A stretch of DNA of 64,000 nucleotides from Trichoplax adhaerens (lineage: Eukaryota > Animalia > Placozoa). The stretch lies in NCBI RefSeq assembly GCF_000150275.1, contig NW_002060945.1:7442643-7506642 (forward strand), read 5' to 3'. Position 1 is the first letter of the stretch. The number at the start of each line of letters is the position of its first letter. Both the position numbers and the translations under genes were made by a program. Shown here piece by piece: positions 12,301-25,290 of the stretch. The notes under the pieces are model-generated. The model did no database searches. It was not told the origin of the DNA and saw only the letters and a list, made by a program, of their open reading frames with translations.

Positions 12301-15300
12301 AATTTAACACAGGTTATCGTCAAAGTATATATAATAATAACATACATATTCGCCAGCTAATAATCTTTTGTTAAAATTGGCTAGTAGGAACGAAGTTTTT
12401 TGTATGCGTATGATCAATCCAATAAAATCACCCGAGTGAATGAATATTATAGAAATCGTTCTAGTTGATTTACATGATAGCGTAGGTAACTCTTGTATTC
12501 TAATGCACTATAATGTCTGGAATAAGTAAGTTATTGTTATAAAAGGGTCTAGTTTTCTACACGCTCTTTGATACATAACCGCTTACTTCATAGCAATAAT
12601 TTGAAAATTGTAAGCCAAATTGCGTTCTACATAATCATCTATCCGTTCTGTAGTACTTTAAATTTATTTCACGAAACTGTGGCCAAAGGCTCTTCTCCCC
12701 TATACTAATTGGTGAACATGATTAATATACTATATTTTACACATGGACAGGCACTTCATAGTGATCTGCTTAATATTATGCAGTAATTCAATTTACTTTA
12801 TAGTAGAATTTGTCAAACGAAGAAATTATCTTATATAGCTTTAGTAAACAATAACAAATTCTTTTGTTTCATAGTTTAATTATATTTTTTGCATACAATC
12901 TAATAGCAGGTTAGAAGTGTAGATGCTAGATAGATATTACAGTAAAATTTAATTAAAATCTCCATTAATCAAATATTTTTCGTTTATTAAAGTGAGTGCT
13001 GCACCTTTCTTCAGAATTTGGATGTAATATTTGATTAGATGTCTTAATAGCAGAGCTAGATTACTATAACAAGAACTAAAAACGTCTGCTTAAATTAACT
13101 TACCATGAAATCTAAGCCGCCTATATTAGACTTTAATAACTTTGCAGGATAAGCTAATTTGCATAAGAAACTTTGCTTAATACTATACATCGGCTTTTAT
13201 TGTACTTACTTACCTACCATTTAAATAAAATTGTTGTCAGATACATAAAATAATTACGCTTTTTTCCATAATTTATTCACTGTGAATTATAAAGTAGATC
13301 TCTGCAAATACAAAAACAGTATAGTATACCTTATTACTTTAGCTTTCAGCTAAAAAGCACAACATTTAATATAATTTTTTTTAACACCTCTTACAATAGC
13401 ATCGACTTTCAGTTGCTACTGTTATTATTTATCATAATTATTGAAATTTAAAAAAATTCTGGCAGTGCATAAAAGTTTCAATCTGTTACATCATCTTTAA
13501 GTTTGATCTATTAACACTGTATTGGTCTGGATTTAATATAAACTACAGTGAGAACTTGAGGGTTTGTGAATAGTGTAAAATACTGATAAAGAGATTCGTT
13601 GGAGCTTGCTATTAATTTAATAATCTAAACAACAATATATACGATTAAGGTATAAATCTTTTCATGTAATTTATTTTCATTGATTTTGGGATAAGTCTAT
13701 AATATGCGTTCATACCACCTGTTGGCTAGACATAATACGTCCTCAGCACCTACCGAAACAATAACGTAAGTTCTGAGAATTCTCATACATTTAAAGTGAT
13801 AGCATTTATAATATATTTAATAAATATTAAGAATTAATATTAAGTATTAAGCTAAGTGAAATTTTAATTAGTTTGTATCTACTTTCGCTTGTTCTTAAAT
13901 TTTTCAGGGAATTTCTGTCAGTCATGTAGGATTCTGGTACGTTACTTTTATTTCGAAGCAATAATTATCTATATTATATTATATCATACATGAGGTTTGT
14001 TTGTTAAGTCAGATATAAAGAGCGCAGCGCCATAGCTATATTTTAATAACTCTAAAAGGAAATCGAATGTTATTTTACTCATTAGCATCTATCATATTCT
14101 ACTTGAATTTAAAGGTTGTCTTCCCTGTCTATCCTATTATATCTTTGTTTATTATTATAGTTAATGGTTTAAGTTAAAATCTTTAAACAATAATATTTTA
14201 TTAAAATAGATCGATCAGAACAATTACCTTGATTACTTTCGTACACATAGTGACTAATTGAATGAGATGATTGCGGTAAATAGTTAATAGATATATAAGT
14301 GCAATCTCACTTGCGTATATCCTGGCATGAATTTGAAAACTGTTTGCTAAATTACGATCTATGTCAATTCATCTTTCGATTCTGCGAGTTTTTGACAGCA
14401 ACAACATTTTTTAGCTTGTTTCATGAAAACTTGATCAGTAGATCTATTTTTATCGTGCTAACATGCGTATATAACTCATATACTATGCATGTATGTCATT
14501 GAGCATTTCACAGTCCGTTCCATTAACGAAGAAATTGTCACGTAGTCTTTTGTCGACAATAATTACTTATACAGTTTTACAGTTTAGTTTTTATAAAATC
14601 TATCAATAGGTCAGCAGTAAATTGATAAGTGGTATAAGTGCATTGTGCGAATGATTTTATCAATTGAGAACTTTTCCTTTATAAGAATTAACTTCGTAAG
14701 AATTTGGATATAACATTTTATTCGATGCCTTTATAGCTGGGTTACTAAAATAAGAATTAATCCGAACAAAACGTTCAAATAAAAACGTTTTTTCGATCTC
14801 CGTGCATTAATTAAAGTCTAGATTGTCTGAGTTAGATATTAATCAACGACGTTAAAGTGAAAACTAATTCATACAAGAAGCTTTGTATACTATATTTTTC
14901 AATACTATATTGCTTGTCTACTATTTCAAGTGAATTGTTCTCAAATATAATTATGCTTTTATTTCTTCACAATTTATTCACAGTGACTTTATCAATATAA
15001 TCCTGTAAATACGTAAAACAAAACGCGTTTATTGCACTAACTTTTTAGCTCTTGGCGACAGTACGTTTCTTTCGTATTCCGAAAGGGAAATCATACACTA
15101 CATTGCGTATTTTTAAGATCTACCATAGTAGGATTAACAATCAATTACCAAAATGATAATTAAATGTACAGACAATATATTATTAAAGGGTCCATGAAAA
15201 GGTAATTCTGGTATGTTAGTGCATTAGCTTTTAATCTGACACATAAATTTAATTCTAATCTTTAACATACTGACCGGAATACTTGTTCAATGATCGGGTT

Positions 15301-15625
15301 TGATATTGTAAGCCTTTGAAACTTTAGGATCTTGCAGATAATCCTTGAGCCAAATAATTCAGCTTCGTATTACTTAACTTACTAGTAATCGTGTGTGTGC
15401 GATTAAAGCATAAAATCTTTTGTGTAATTGGTTTCCGTTTATTTCGAACAAGTTACAGTACTTGACAACATACGATCATTGCCACCTGATGGTTAGATAT
15501 AATCTGTCTCCTACAATTAATTATTAGACCAATGGAGTTGATTACAGGAATCCCTGAGATTATAATAATGGATTCAAGGAAAGGTATTACAGTACCGCTA
15601 CCTAATTAAAATTTAGTGGCGAATA

Positions 15626-15633
15626 TATAAATA
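15626..15633 (+). promoter_or_regulatory. Putative TATA box of gene A
   Basis: TATAAATA about 77 bp upstream of a GTAAG donor (15703) of a non-coding first exon. The same layout recurs at B, C, D, F and G. Confidence 0.55.
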
Positions 15634-15870
15634 GCAATTACTCCATACCCAAATCAGTAGAAGCGATTTAGAAATAAGCAATTATCGGAAACTAATTACA
15701 ACGTAAGCGTATGGAAATATGCGTATATTACTTGTTGGAACTAGTATCGACATCTGTGCTATTGCATTATATATTCTCTTTTTATTTTAAATGCGATATT
15801 CGGTTTGTAAATATGCAATATTCTTATATAGTCTATAGAGACGCACACGTATATACAAGGGTATAAAAGT

Positions 15871-17449
15871 ATGAAATTTTATCTTGGTATTCTTCTTGGC
15901 CTCTTTTGCTTACTGGCTATTGCCACCGCAGCAGAAGTTGATCAGTTGAACGATGGAGCATTCGCGGGATTATGGGATGAGCCTGAGATTGATGAATATG
16001 ACAAGGAAAAGGTCAATCAGGTACATTAATAGAATAGCTTACTTGGCTAAATTAAGTCACATGTAGAAGTTAATATTCTGGTATTAAAAGCAAACAGTTC
16101 TAAAATACTAAATTAATATAAATCATAAAGGATGAACCAGTTAACCGAGATGATTCACTAGCAGAATCTCATGATGTAGATGATGTAACCGGCGAAACAA
16201 CAAAGTCAGAAGAGGCTGGTCGCCAAAATGGTTTAGATGTGATAAAGGATTCATCAGAAGAATCCCCTGACTCAACAAATATCGTAGTAGATGAAACTAC
16301 TAAGAAAGAAGAAGTAGATGGCCAAGAAGAATCTAAAGGCCAAAATGATTTCGACGAGTTAACGGCTTTTACTCCAACAAGTAACACAGAATCAGAAGTC
16401 AAAGAAAATGAAGATCAAAATGAACTTACAGATTTAACCGCTGATAAAGAAAGTGATATCGATGAAATCGAGGTGTGATTATATGCTAGTTGATGATTAC
16501 ATATTATAAATGATTTTAAACTTGTTTAATCTACCTATAATTAGAGTCTGCTATTAAAGTAGCTACTCAATTTGTCAATATTTGCATACATCCTATTTGA
16601 CGACGTTAATCTGCATTTGCCTATATTAGGTTATACTTTCCTAAATAGTTCAATCAGAAAGGTGAATATTTCCTTAAATTTAGTTGATTTTTTTATTAGT
16701 CTAATGATGATCACTTGGCTAAGAGTGGAAGACGTCGCAGAAGAAGGCGAAGAAGAAGACGTTGGGTCAGTCGTCGTCGTCGTCGTCCTGTTGTACGCCC
16801 AGTACCCTGCCAAGCTATTAGTCTGAAACTTACGGCCTGTAAGAGCAACAATGCAGCATTAACAGCTAAGAATAGACGATTGAAAACGGATAAGACTCGA
16901 TTGGAAACACAAGTTCGTAGTCAGGGTAGTACAATCGGCCGACAGAGTGCAGAAATCACAAATCTGAAAAACGAATTAGCGGCATTAAAAGGGAAATATA
17001 ACAACTTAAATGCATCGTATGCACATATAAAGCGGGACAATGCTCGGTTGGCAGATCAAAAGCGTTTACTGATAAAACAAAAAAACCTCTTACGTATGGA
17101 AAATGATGAACTAAAACGGAATAATGCAACACTACATACTGAGAATGACCGATTAAGAAGTCAGTTAATATCGGCTCAGGCGAATAATCAACGTCTTCAA
17201 AATCAATTAAATACAGCTGAAAATAGTTTACGATCATGTAATGTAACCAAAAGCCAGCTGCAGGCATCAGTACTGCAACTTCAAACTGATCTTGCTCACT
17301 GCAACAGCCAGCGCTGCGTGAATTGCAAATGTAAGGCAGTTCCCATCACAAACAGGGAAATTCGAAGCGAAGGAAATTCAGCTGACGTACCGGTAGCAGA
17401 TGACTATGGCAGCGATGAAGAAAAAGTCCAATATGTTTCTTATGAGTAA
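15871..17449 (+). CDS. Gene A: secreted precursor with signal peptide, acidic pro-region, R11-W-V-S-R5 head, coiled coil and Cys cluster (~413 aa)
   Basis: Exons 15871-16020 (MKFYLGILLGLFCLLAIATAAEVDQ..), 16131-16472 (acidic) and 16700-17449 (SNDDHLAKSGRRRRRRRRRRRWVSRRRRRPVVRPVPCQAISLKLTAC..HCNSQRCVNCKC..). All introns are phase-0 GT-AG and in frame. Confidence 0.85.
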
Positions 17450-20400
17450 TATGTAATAGGAAGTTAGCAATATATAGTGCTAGTAGTTGTTGTAGTAGCG
17501 CAGGTAGTCCATAGAACAGTACGGTCTAGAATTTATTTTTAATAAGGATATTGATAAACTGATATGTTAGATCATTTTTTGACATTCAATATTTAAAAGA
17601 AATATGAATCTATATCAACTTTTCAAACGGTTAGAAAATGATTTACATAAAGTTGTCATTCTTATGGATTTTACTTCTTAAAAAATAAAGTAAACGTTTG
17701 ATCAGCAGCTTAATAATATTCATACACGATTTACCGTTTTTAATCCATTTGTTCGACAAAATATCGAAACATGGTTGATTCATAGCATCCATATACAGTA
17801 CAATAATAATTCAATTCTAGTCTGTAGTAATGCAGCAATGAAGTAAGTTTAGTAAAATATGAGCTATTTATTTTAATCCATAGATGTTTATCATTGCAAA
17901 ATAAACGCTTTATTAACGTTTATGGTAGCGCTAACATTTGCAGCAGTGGTAATGAGTATCGGACATTATCCTAAACAAAAGCTAAATTAACTATTTAAGT
18001 CCTTTAGTCGTGATGTAATATAAGTACTTTACTGAATCTATCAATTAGCCGTTACAAGCCGATAACAATTGATAAACTGGGTCACTTTTCTTAATGCGAT
18101 ATTTATGTTCCAACCTTAACCTTTGCATTTCGCAATGAAAACATGGCTCATAAAAAAAAATATATATATCTAGTAGAGTTTAGTTTATCATAGTCAACTT
18201 AATACATGTACTGTTTGTTTAGGTGTTGTTATAGTCCATACATTGCATTAGTAAAACTTAATATACGGTATATGTAGCTTTCACGATTATTTGATATGCT
18301 CGTAGTTTTATAATGAGAATCGATACCTCACAAATTCTTAAAATTTAATTATGATCTAATGTTACGTAGTCCTCTTGAACATAATTCTATAAATGATATT
18401 ATGATTAATATTTTCTTCTGATAATTAATTTTAATTTATTGGGTCAATGAAAACGGTTACTCGATTACAATTTTTGGAATGAGATTGTAAGCTTCCAACC
18501 ACGATACGTCTACGATATATGTCTCAATATATAACCATAGAATAACAATTCATGCTCAACCAATGTTTCTTTTACTTCAGGCTTAGTTACTGCAACTATC
18601 TTGGGTTCGATAAATACCAGTTGCTAGTTTCGAAACTAATTTTGAGTTAGGTAGTGAGATACCATATGATAATTAATTAACCTCTCATATATAAGAAGTT
18701 AGTTGACTATATTGTTAGATGTTTATTATTATTGTATTGTTACCGAAGAAAATTGTTACTTATGTGTATCTACCTTTATTTAGATCAATGCATACAGTAA
18801 TATATCATTTGGTTAACTTAACAATTTGGTTTGAAATACATATCTGATGCGATGATAGAAATACTATAAAGTTTTACATCAACCGTATAAAAATGTGGCA
18901 TAGAGTAAATATTGGACAACAAGATTGAACATATGTAAGTTAACTATTTTAATTTTAATATTGTAACCATTAACCTAGAATTCTATCCTAATTACGAATA
19001 ACATACTGGAACGATGTACTGAAGTTTCATTAATTGTTATAAGGATAATTTTATACTCTGTATGTAATTACATCTGTAATGCTGATTCTATGCCAAGTGA
19101 GCTTAAAATAATTTTACAATGCGCGAAGACGAGTAATTCCAATAAATTTATTTTCTATTTGGAGAAAACATTATTAGCTTAAGGTGTTTCGCAGTATTAT
19201 TACGATAGAGAGTCTACTGATATGTGGTTTCCTTTTTAAGAATGGACTTTACTACAACAACATTATCTATTTGGCTTATGATTGTACGAGTCGTATGATG
19301 TTTACTTAAACTTTACTCTAATCCTACCTTATATCCTTGCCTTATTATTTATCGTGGGAGGTTGAAGTTGATTGAGTCAGCAATCGTTACCATGCTTACT
19401 TTTACGCCAATAACCAGACTATAATGTTCAAGAATAAATTAATTATAGAAGGAAAGATTTCACCATCTTGATATTAAAGAAAATATTCTTACACCTAACG
19501 TTATCATTAAGTGTAAACGTCTATTATAATGATAGTACAACTGATAGTTCTACTTAGAAAAAGTGTTCGCGTAGAGCGATACTATAATATCAGGAAATGT
19601 AGTCATATTAGCAAGGGTAAGGCGTCAATGCAACATCAGAGTCGATTCTATTCGTAATCAATTTATCAAGATAGTCGATTAAAGAATTTCATGATGGAAA
19701 ATAGCAGAGTAATTGAGTAACAACGCAACATTAAATGTTCAATCTTTCATTGTATTCTATTATTGTACAGCCTTCAAAATAGTAATATCTAGAACAAAAC
19801 TTTTTGGAAACATGTCCTATATCACTTTATTTAGCGCAGTTTATATCCAATAAAATATGCAAAATCAAAAACAAAAATTGATCTGGCAATTACATTCAAC
19901 GCAGTTACCAGGGAATCTGACAAATATTATTCGTCGTGAATACCGGATGATCTGCTAGGACGGTAATAAGTATAATAGTTATGGACATTAAAAGCAATAC
20001 AGACAATTTTAAACGCTAAACCAATTTTTATCGGGAAATTGGTGTATGAGTCAATCGCTATCAATAGAAAATTATCAGCTATGAAGCTTTTACTTTATAA
20101 ATACGACTATAAAATTTTCTCTAACTCCATTAAATCATAACTATTTCTTATGAATGAATTTAAAATTATTTTTTTATTTGTTTACATGTTTAGCTATAAT
20201 TTTCTCCATTTACTTTCATTAGTGAGTCTTTTAACTTTCTAGCTTTTATTAATTAAAGTATGTAATCAGGAGTAAAATTATTTCCCTATGGGTGTTTCAA
20301 ATCTATAGCTTCAATGCTGGTTCTCCTATCTTTAAGAGGTAGATTTAAATATTTTTGTAATTTATCATCTCCATAAACTATTTAGTTATGAATTTATTAG

Positions 20401-23400
20401 TATAGATACAGTACTACTGATCTTATGTTATTAATCTAATCATAACTACATATAATACATATTTCATATGCTCGAGATACTGTAGTAGATACTCGTGCCT
20501 TAACATACTGTATGCTACGGTGCTGCGAAATCATTTGAAATTTTAAGGAGTCATTCTAAACGGAGATAGAAAGAACCAATCATTGGCTTTACGCAAATGT
20601 CGCAAACAAAAATGATTTAGTTATCGGAGATAATTTCAGATATCGACTATAGCTTAAAAATTTATCTGAGGTTATAGGATAAGTTTGTTCCATTTTGAAT
20701 GTTAATTATACTCCTAGGTTATAGCTAGTGGCAATATCAATATTATTACTTATATGAAGGTATCGCATATCATCAGTTTTCATTTATATTGATCAATTAC
20801 AATACTAGATTCGGGTAATAAAATGCTAAAGACAACTCCAAGATAGCATGTTAACAATATCAATACGTTGCAGAAAATGGAAATCAAACACTGAAGTATC
20901 AAACTAGCATGAAAAATAATTGTTCATCATAGTCAAGCAGTAGAGCTGAATACCAGTACCTAGTCAATCCTCCTCTGATCAATTGAAGAGATTGTGATCA
21001 ATATGTAATAAATAAAATGGTAATCAATTACCAATTTAACACTGCAGCAATTTCTGGAGACTGAGAAATCAAGAAGTTATAGTCGAATAGATCTCCGTTA
21101 TAAGACACTATTATCCAGTATGCTCACAAACGAAATTTTTAAAATTACGGTTAGTAAGGCTTAATTAAAGCTGATAACAAAGTCAATCGAACTGTCAGAC
21201 TTGAGGCCTAACTTGTGAAAGTAGCGTTTTATAAATTTTGCTCTATTCAAGATGTTAGCTATACATATTTATTCCACCTTTACAAATTTCAAAACGTATC
21301 TATGATTTTATATTGATGAAATGAGCACAGCAGTAATTTGTAATAGCGCTAAATTAATTAGACCTCAAGGTCAATGCCTGAATAGCCACTAATCAGCGTC
21401 GGGTAAGACATTACAGAGTTCAGTAGCAGATTATTTAATTAGTCCTAGTATTCAATAAATCGGCAATTTTACAATTACGAAATGACCTGTCACACTTTCG
21501 TAGAGTGTATATATAATTCAGCCATGAAAAAAATTGGGGCTTGGTCGTGGTCTAAACAAAATAGCATTTTGCAGACCTAATCATGTGATAAACAAGAGGT
21601 ATTACTACGATCAATATAGGACGATAGTGGCTATTTTATGATCTTTTCAACAAGTTTAATGACGTTTGAGTTCTCGGAGATATACTGCAAGGAGTTATAA
21701 TCTCTTAAAATTCGTTAAAATCAATAAATATTATTATTATTAACTAGTTTATATGACCGTTAGGGCCATTGTTAATCGAAAATAATTTAAAATTTTAATT
21801 AATTACATTCCTAGGAGTATTGTCTTTGACTATGGTACTTCTTGATCTGTTTCTCTTTATCATAAGTTATTATTAGGAGTAGACCCTCAAGATGATATCT
21901 GAAAATGACTTGTTAGCGGTAATTGATAACGATGCAAAAAATGACTTCTTTTGATGGCTAGATGAATAAATTATATCTTTCCATTCAATTGATAGTTTTA
22001 ATAAATGAATAGTTCAACTTTATACTACCAATAATGTTAATTAATTTACTTGACCTATATGATAGTAATCGTTGACTTGAAGCTGCTTATACATAATTAA
22101 AGAACTCTTCATTTAAGAAAGAAATAATTACATCCTAGACTACTATTACGTTTACGAGATGCCAAAAAGCAACCTACGGTGGATAAAGTCATCAGCTGTG
22201 TATAAAAACGTGTACTTCCAGGGCTAATCTTGTTCGTGTAGACAACAGTTCTACTCCCTGGCAGTGTCTTATGTTCGATATTACCAGCTTACCGAGATAT
22301 CAAAGGCACCCACCAAGAGTTGCGACTAGTATTATCTAAATGATTTATGCAATTCAAAGCCATGGATTGAAGATACTTTCGAAGAAAAAGGCATTATTAC
22401 TTCAGAACCTAAAGGAGAAATATATAAAGCAATAGATTATTTTCATTCTTTATTTTAAGGATATGAAATTGTTTTACAATGAAGCTAGGTGAGAATGATG
22501 AACGATGATTCATTAAGTAGTAAACTGTCGACATTCATTTAATAAAGATAAGAAAAAAATTCCTATACATAGCGGATGTGAAATACGATTCTCTTGCAGA
22601 GATTTATAAATCACTTTCCGCATGATTACTTGCCATAGGTTACGCCTATTATCTAAATGTAACGTGATTAAAGCTATTGTTTTAATTAGATAGTATTATT
22701 ACAGATTGATCCGCTATCCTTGAATGGATGCATTGTTATTGTTGATATGGAAATTTTCCTCAAAATTTAGCGATGATTGTCGTTAACTTTCTGTTAACGG
22801 TAGTTTAATCATAAAGAATGTTGTGCCGTAGTTAATATAAATTAAATTCGTGATAACTAAGAAATTTTGTACCATCTGCATGGTTAACACAGAATGTTAC
22901 TATTTCTTATCTTAAACAATAATTTAATATTAGAGTACCCTACAGTCGCATCGTTTGTGCTCTTTATTTGTTAATGAATAATTATATTAACAATTATTTA
23001 GTGGCAAATGATAATATATTTATAGCTTTAGTGTATTCACCGGATGAACCTTTCAGTTCCGTAAAAGAAGATTGTTTACTAAGCGGGTCGTACTTTAAGT
23101 ATACCTTATATCCCTCGTATCAGATTTCAATAGAGTCACATTGTAGACCCACAGTACATAATGTGTCATGAAACCATAGCGATATTTCATCAACTTTCGA
23201 TAGATCTTTAAGTGCAAGCGAGCTGTCGAAAATAAACATAAAATTAGAGTGATGTTGTCAAGCGTCTCCTAGTTGTCCAAATAGACATTATTTTTTGTCT
23301 TAGAATTTCGAAAAGGAGCCATAAGGCGATAAAAAAGACCAGTTTACGAAAGTAGTTAGCTATTACATAGGGAACTAAATTAGTGTAGCTTTTGTATATA

Positions 23401-23780
23401 GCTCAACCTTTTTAATATTGTAACCATTAACGCGGTTATTATAAACAATTTTAAGAGTTCTATGGGTGATACTAATATCTACTTTCGCTAACGCTTAGAT
23501 ATTCCTGTATAATACTGAAAATTATTATGGTAATTCTTGCATGTTGTCCCGGCATTAAAAATTGGCTGATAGTGTTAATTATGTTACGATTATACTACAA
23601 TAGTTTTCAATGATAAATTACGGTACTAAATAGACAGTCAGAATTTTTAGTGATTAATGGTACTGTAGTATGAACTTACATCTTGGTGAAAAATAAATAC
23701 TTTTGATATGATAAAGCGAAACTACATAATTCTCGGTATCAAGATAATTATAACAATGAACTTAATAATCTTGCAAAGAC

Positions 23781-23788
23781 TATAAATA
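23781..23788 (+). promoter_or_regulatory. Putative TATA box of gene B
   Basis: TATAAATA, then donor GTTAGT at 23874 and acceptor ending 23975, just before the ATG at 23996. Confidence 0.55.
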
Positions 23789-23995
23789 CCACGCAATTTG
23801 CTATCCTTAGCAGATTTTGATTTGGGAACTAATCAGATTTTCGAGCCAAAATTAATCCGTCTCAACTGGCTAGGTTAGTAAGAAATTTATCTCCATAATG
23901 CGCCTAACGTAACTACTCACCTTTTTTAAACTAGTTGATAATTATTTATTATCTTTTTGCGTTATGATTGTGTAGGCTTGGTTGGAATTATAAAG

Positions 23996-25290
23996 ATGAA
24001 GTTCATTGTTCTTGGATTGCTTTGCTTGTGCATCTTTAAAGCATCTGGAGATGCCACTAATCCTTTAAATAATGAGGATAAAAATGCTGAGAACTGGAGT
24101 GCAAATCCTGATCACTCCTATGACGTACCGGTAAATAGCGGTGAAGATGTGGCTAAAGACGATGAAGGCCAAGAACTTAGCGATAAAAGTACTGAAGAAT
24201 TACAAGAGAAATTATCCACAGAGGATGAATCCGAAGAAAACAAGGAGGTCGAAATACCAGAATCTGCTAACAAGGAGGAATTCTTTGATGAGAAACAATT
24301 GGCAAGTGATAGTGAATTGAGTGAGACAGAGGTGGCGGATGATAAGGTCAGTACCGTTTGCTAATATAACAGCGAATATTGCACAAAATGAGGAGTGCTT
24401 CAAGTTTACATGCAAATCTAACTCTAGTATTGGTTCCACGCCACTAGTACCGATCTGAATTGTTCTTGCTAGCTTTACCTTCTCTATATCTGTACAGTGC
24501 TATGATTAATAATCTAGCAACGAGAACAATCTTCACTAATATGGATGATTGCTAGCCATAACTATATCCTGTTTGCTTACTTTAATGTTTTTTTCCTTTA
24601 TAGCAAGCTAAATCTTGGGGATGGCGTCGACGAAGACGCTATTATATCCGTAGACGACGTTCTGATCCATGCTTGTCAATTAGAGTTAGTCTAAATCGTT
24701 GTATTCAACGAAGAAATTGGCTACAAGCTAAAGTTAATCGATTAATCAATAGAATCAATCGGTTAAAGAGTAGAATTCAAAGAAAAAACGTTGTCATCCA
24801 AGGTTTAAAAACGCGTATAAGGCAATTGGTGAGCGTAATCAACAATTTACGAGCTCGCATCCAAAACTTGAGAAATTCCTTGAACCACGTGACACAAAAA
24901 CATAATGCCCTTGTTCAAAGATTTAACAAATTGCTCGCTTTAACACGAAAGCTAAAAGCGAAATACTTGATTCTGTCGGCCAAGTATAGGCAAATTTTAA
25001 CCGAAAACAAGCAATTACGAGCTCTGGTCAAAACGCAATCCAATCAGATTCAGTCTTTAAAGGGGCAAAATGCTCAATTACAAACACAAATTGTACAACA
25101 CGTACTCGACAAGAAGGCTTTGCGCGTTCAAGTCAAGAAGTACAAGCGTAAGTTTTACAAAGCTCAGTATGATCTTGAAAAATGTCGTCTCTGTTGCGAT
25201 GCATGTAGTCAAAAATATCCTGCTGGCAAAAATAGCACTGTTACAAATGGTGGAAGCACTAAAGCAGAGTTGACTGTTAATGATTTTTAG
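23996..25290 (+). CDS. Gene B: secreted precursor with signal peptide, acidic pro-region, SWGWR5YYIR4 head, polycationic coiled coil and CCDAC (~345 aa)
   Basis: Exons 23996-24346 (MKFIVLGLLCLCIFKASG..VADDK|gtcagt) and 24604-25290 (QAKSWGWRRRRRYYIRRRRSDPCLSIRVSLNRC..KCRLCCDAC..). Phase 0, in frame with ORF 24673..25290. Confidence 0.87.

Noticed and set aside
9900-15600. Short ORFs in the long AT-rich interval
   Set aside because: No coherent exon chain or recognisable protein motif; treated as intergenic.
16715-16790. Protamine or nuclear-localised protein
   Set aside because: The Arg run is spliced downstream of a signal peptide and acidic pro-region; the ORF-track start is a TTG inside an exon.
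21600-22560. Coding-like fragments (e.g. KPWIEDTFEEKGIITSEPKGEIYKAIDYF), possibly a decayed pseudogene
   Set aside because: Interrupted by stops and not assignable to any family by eye; needs tBLASTx.
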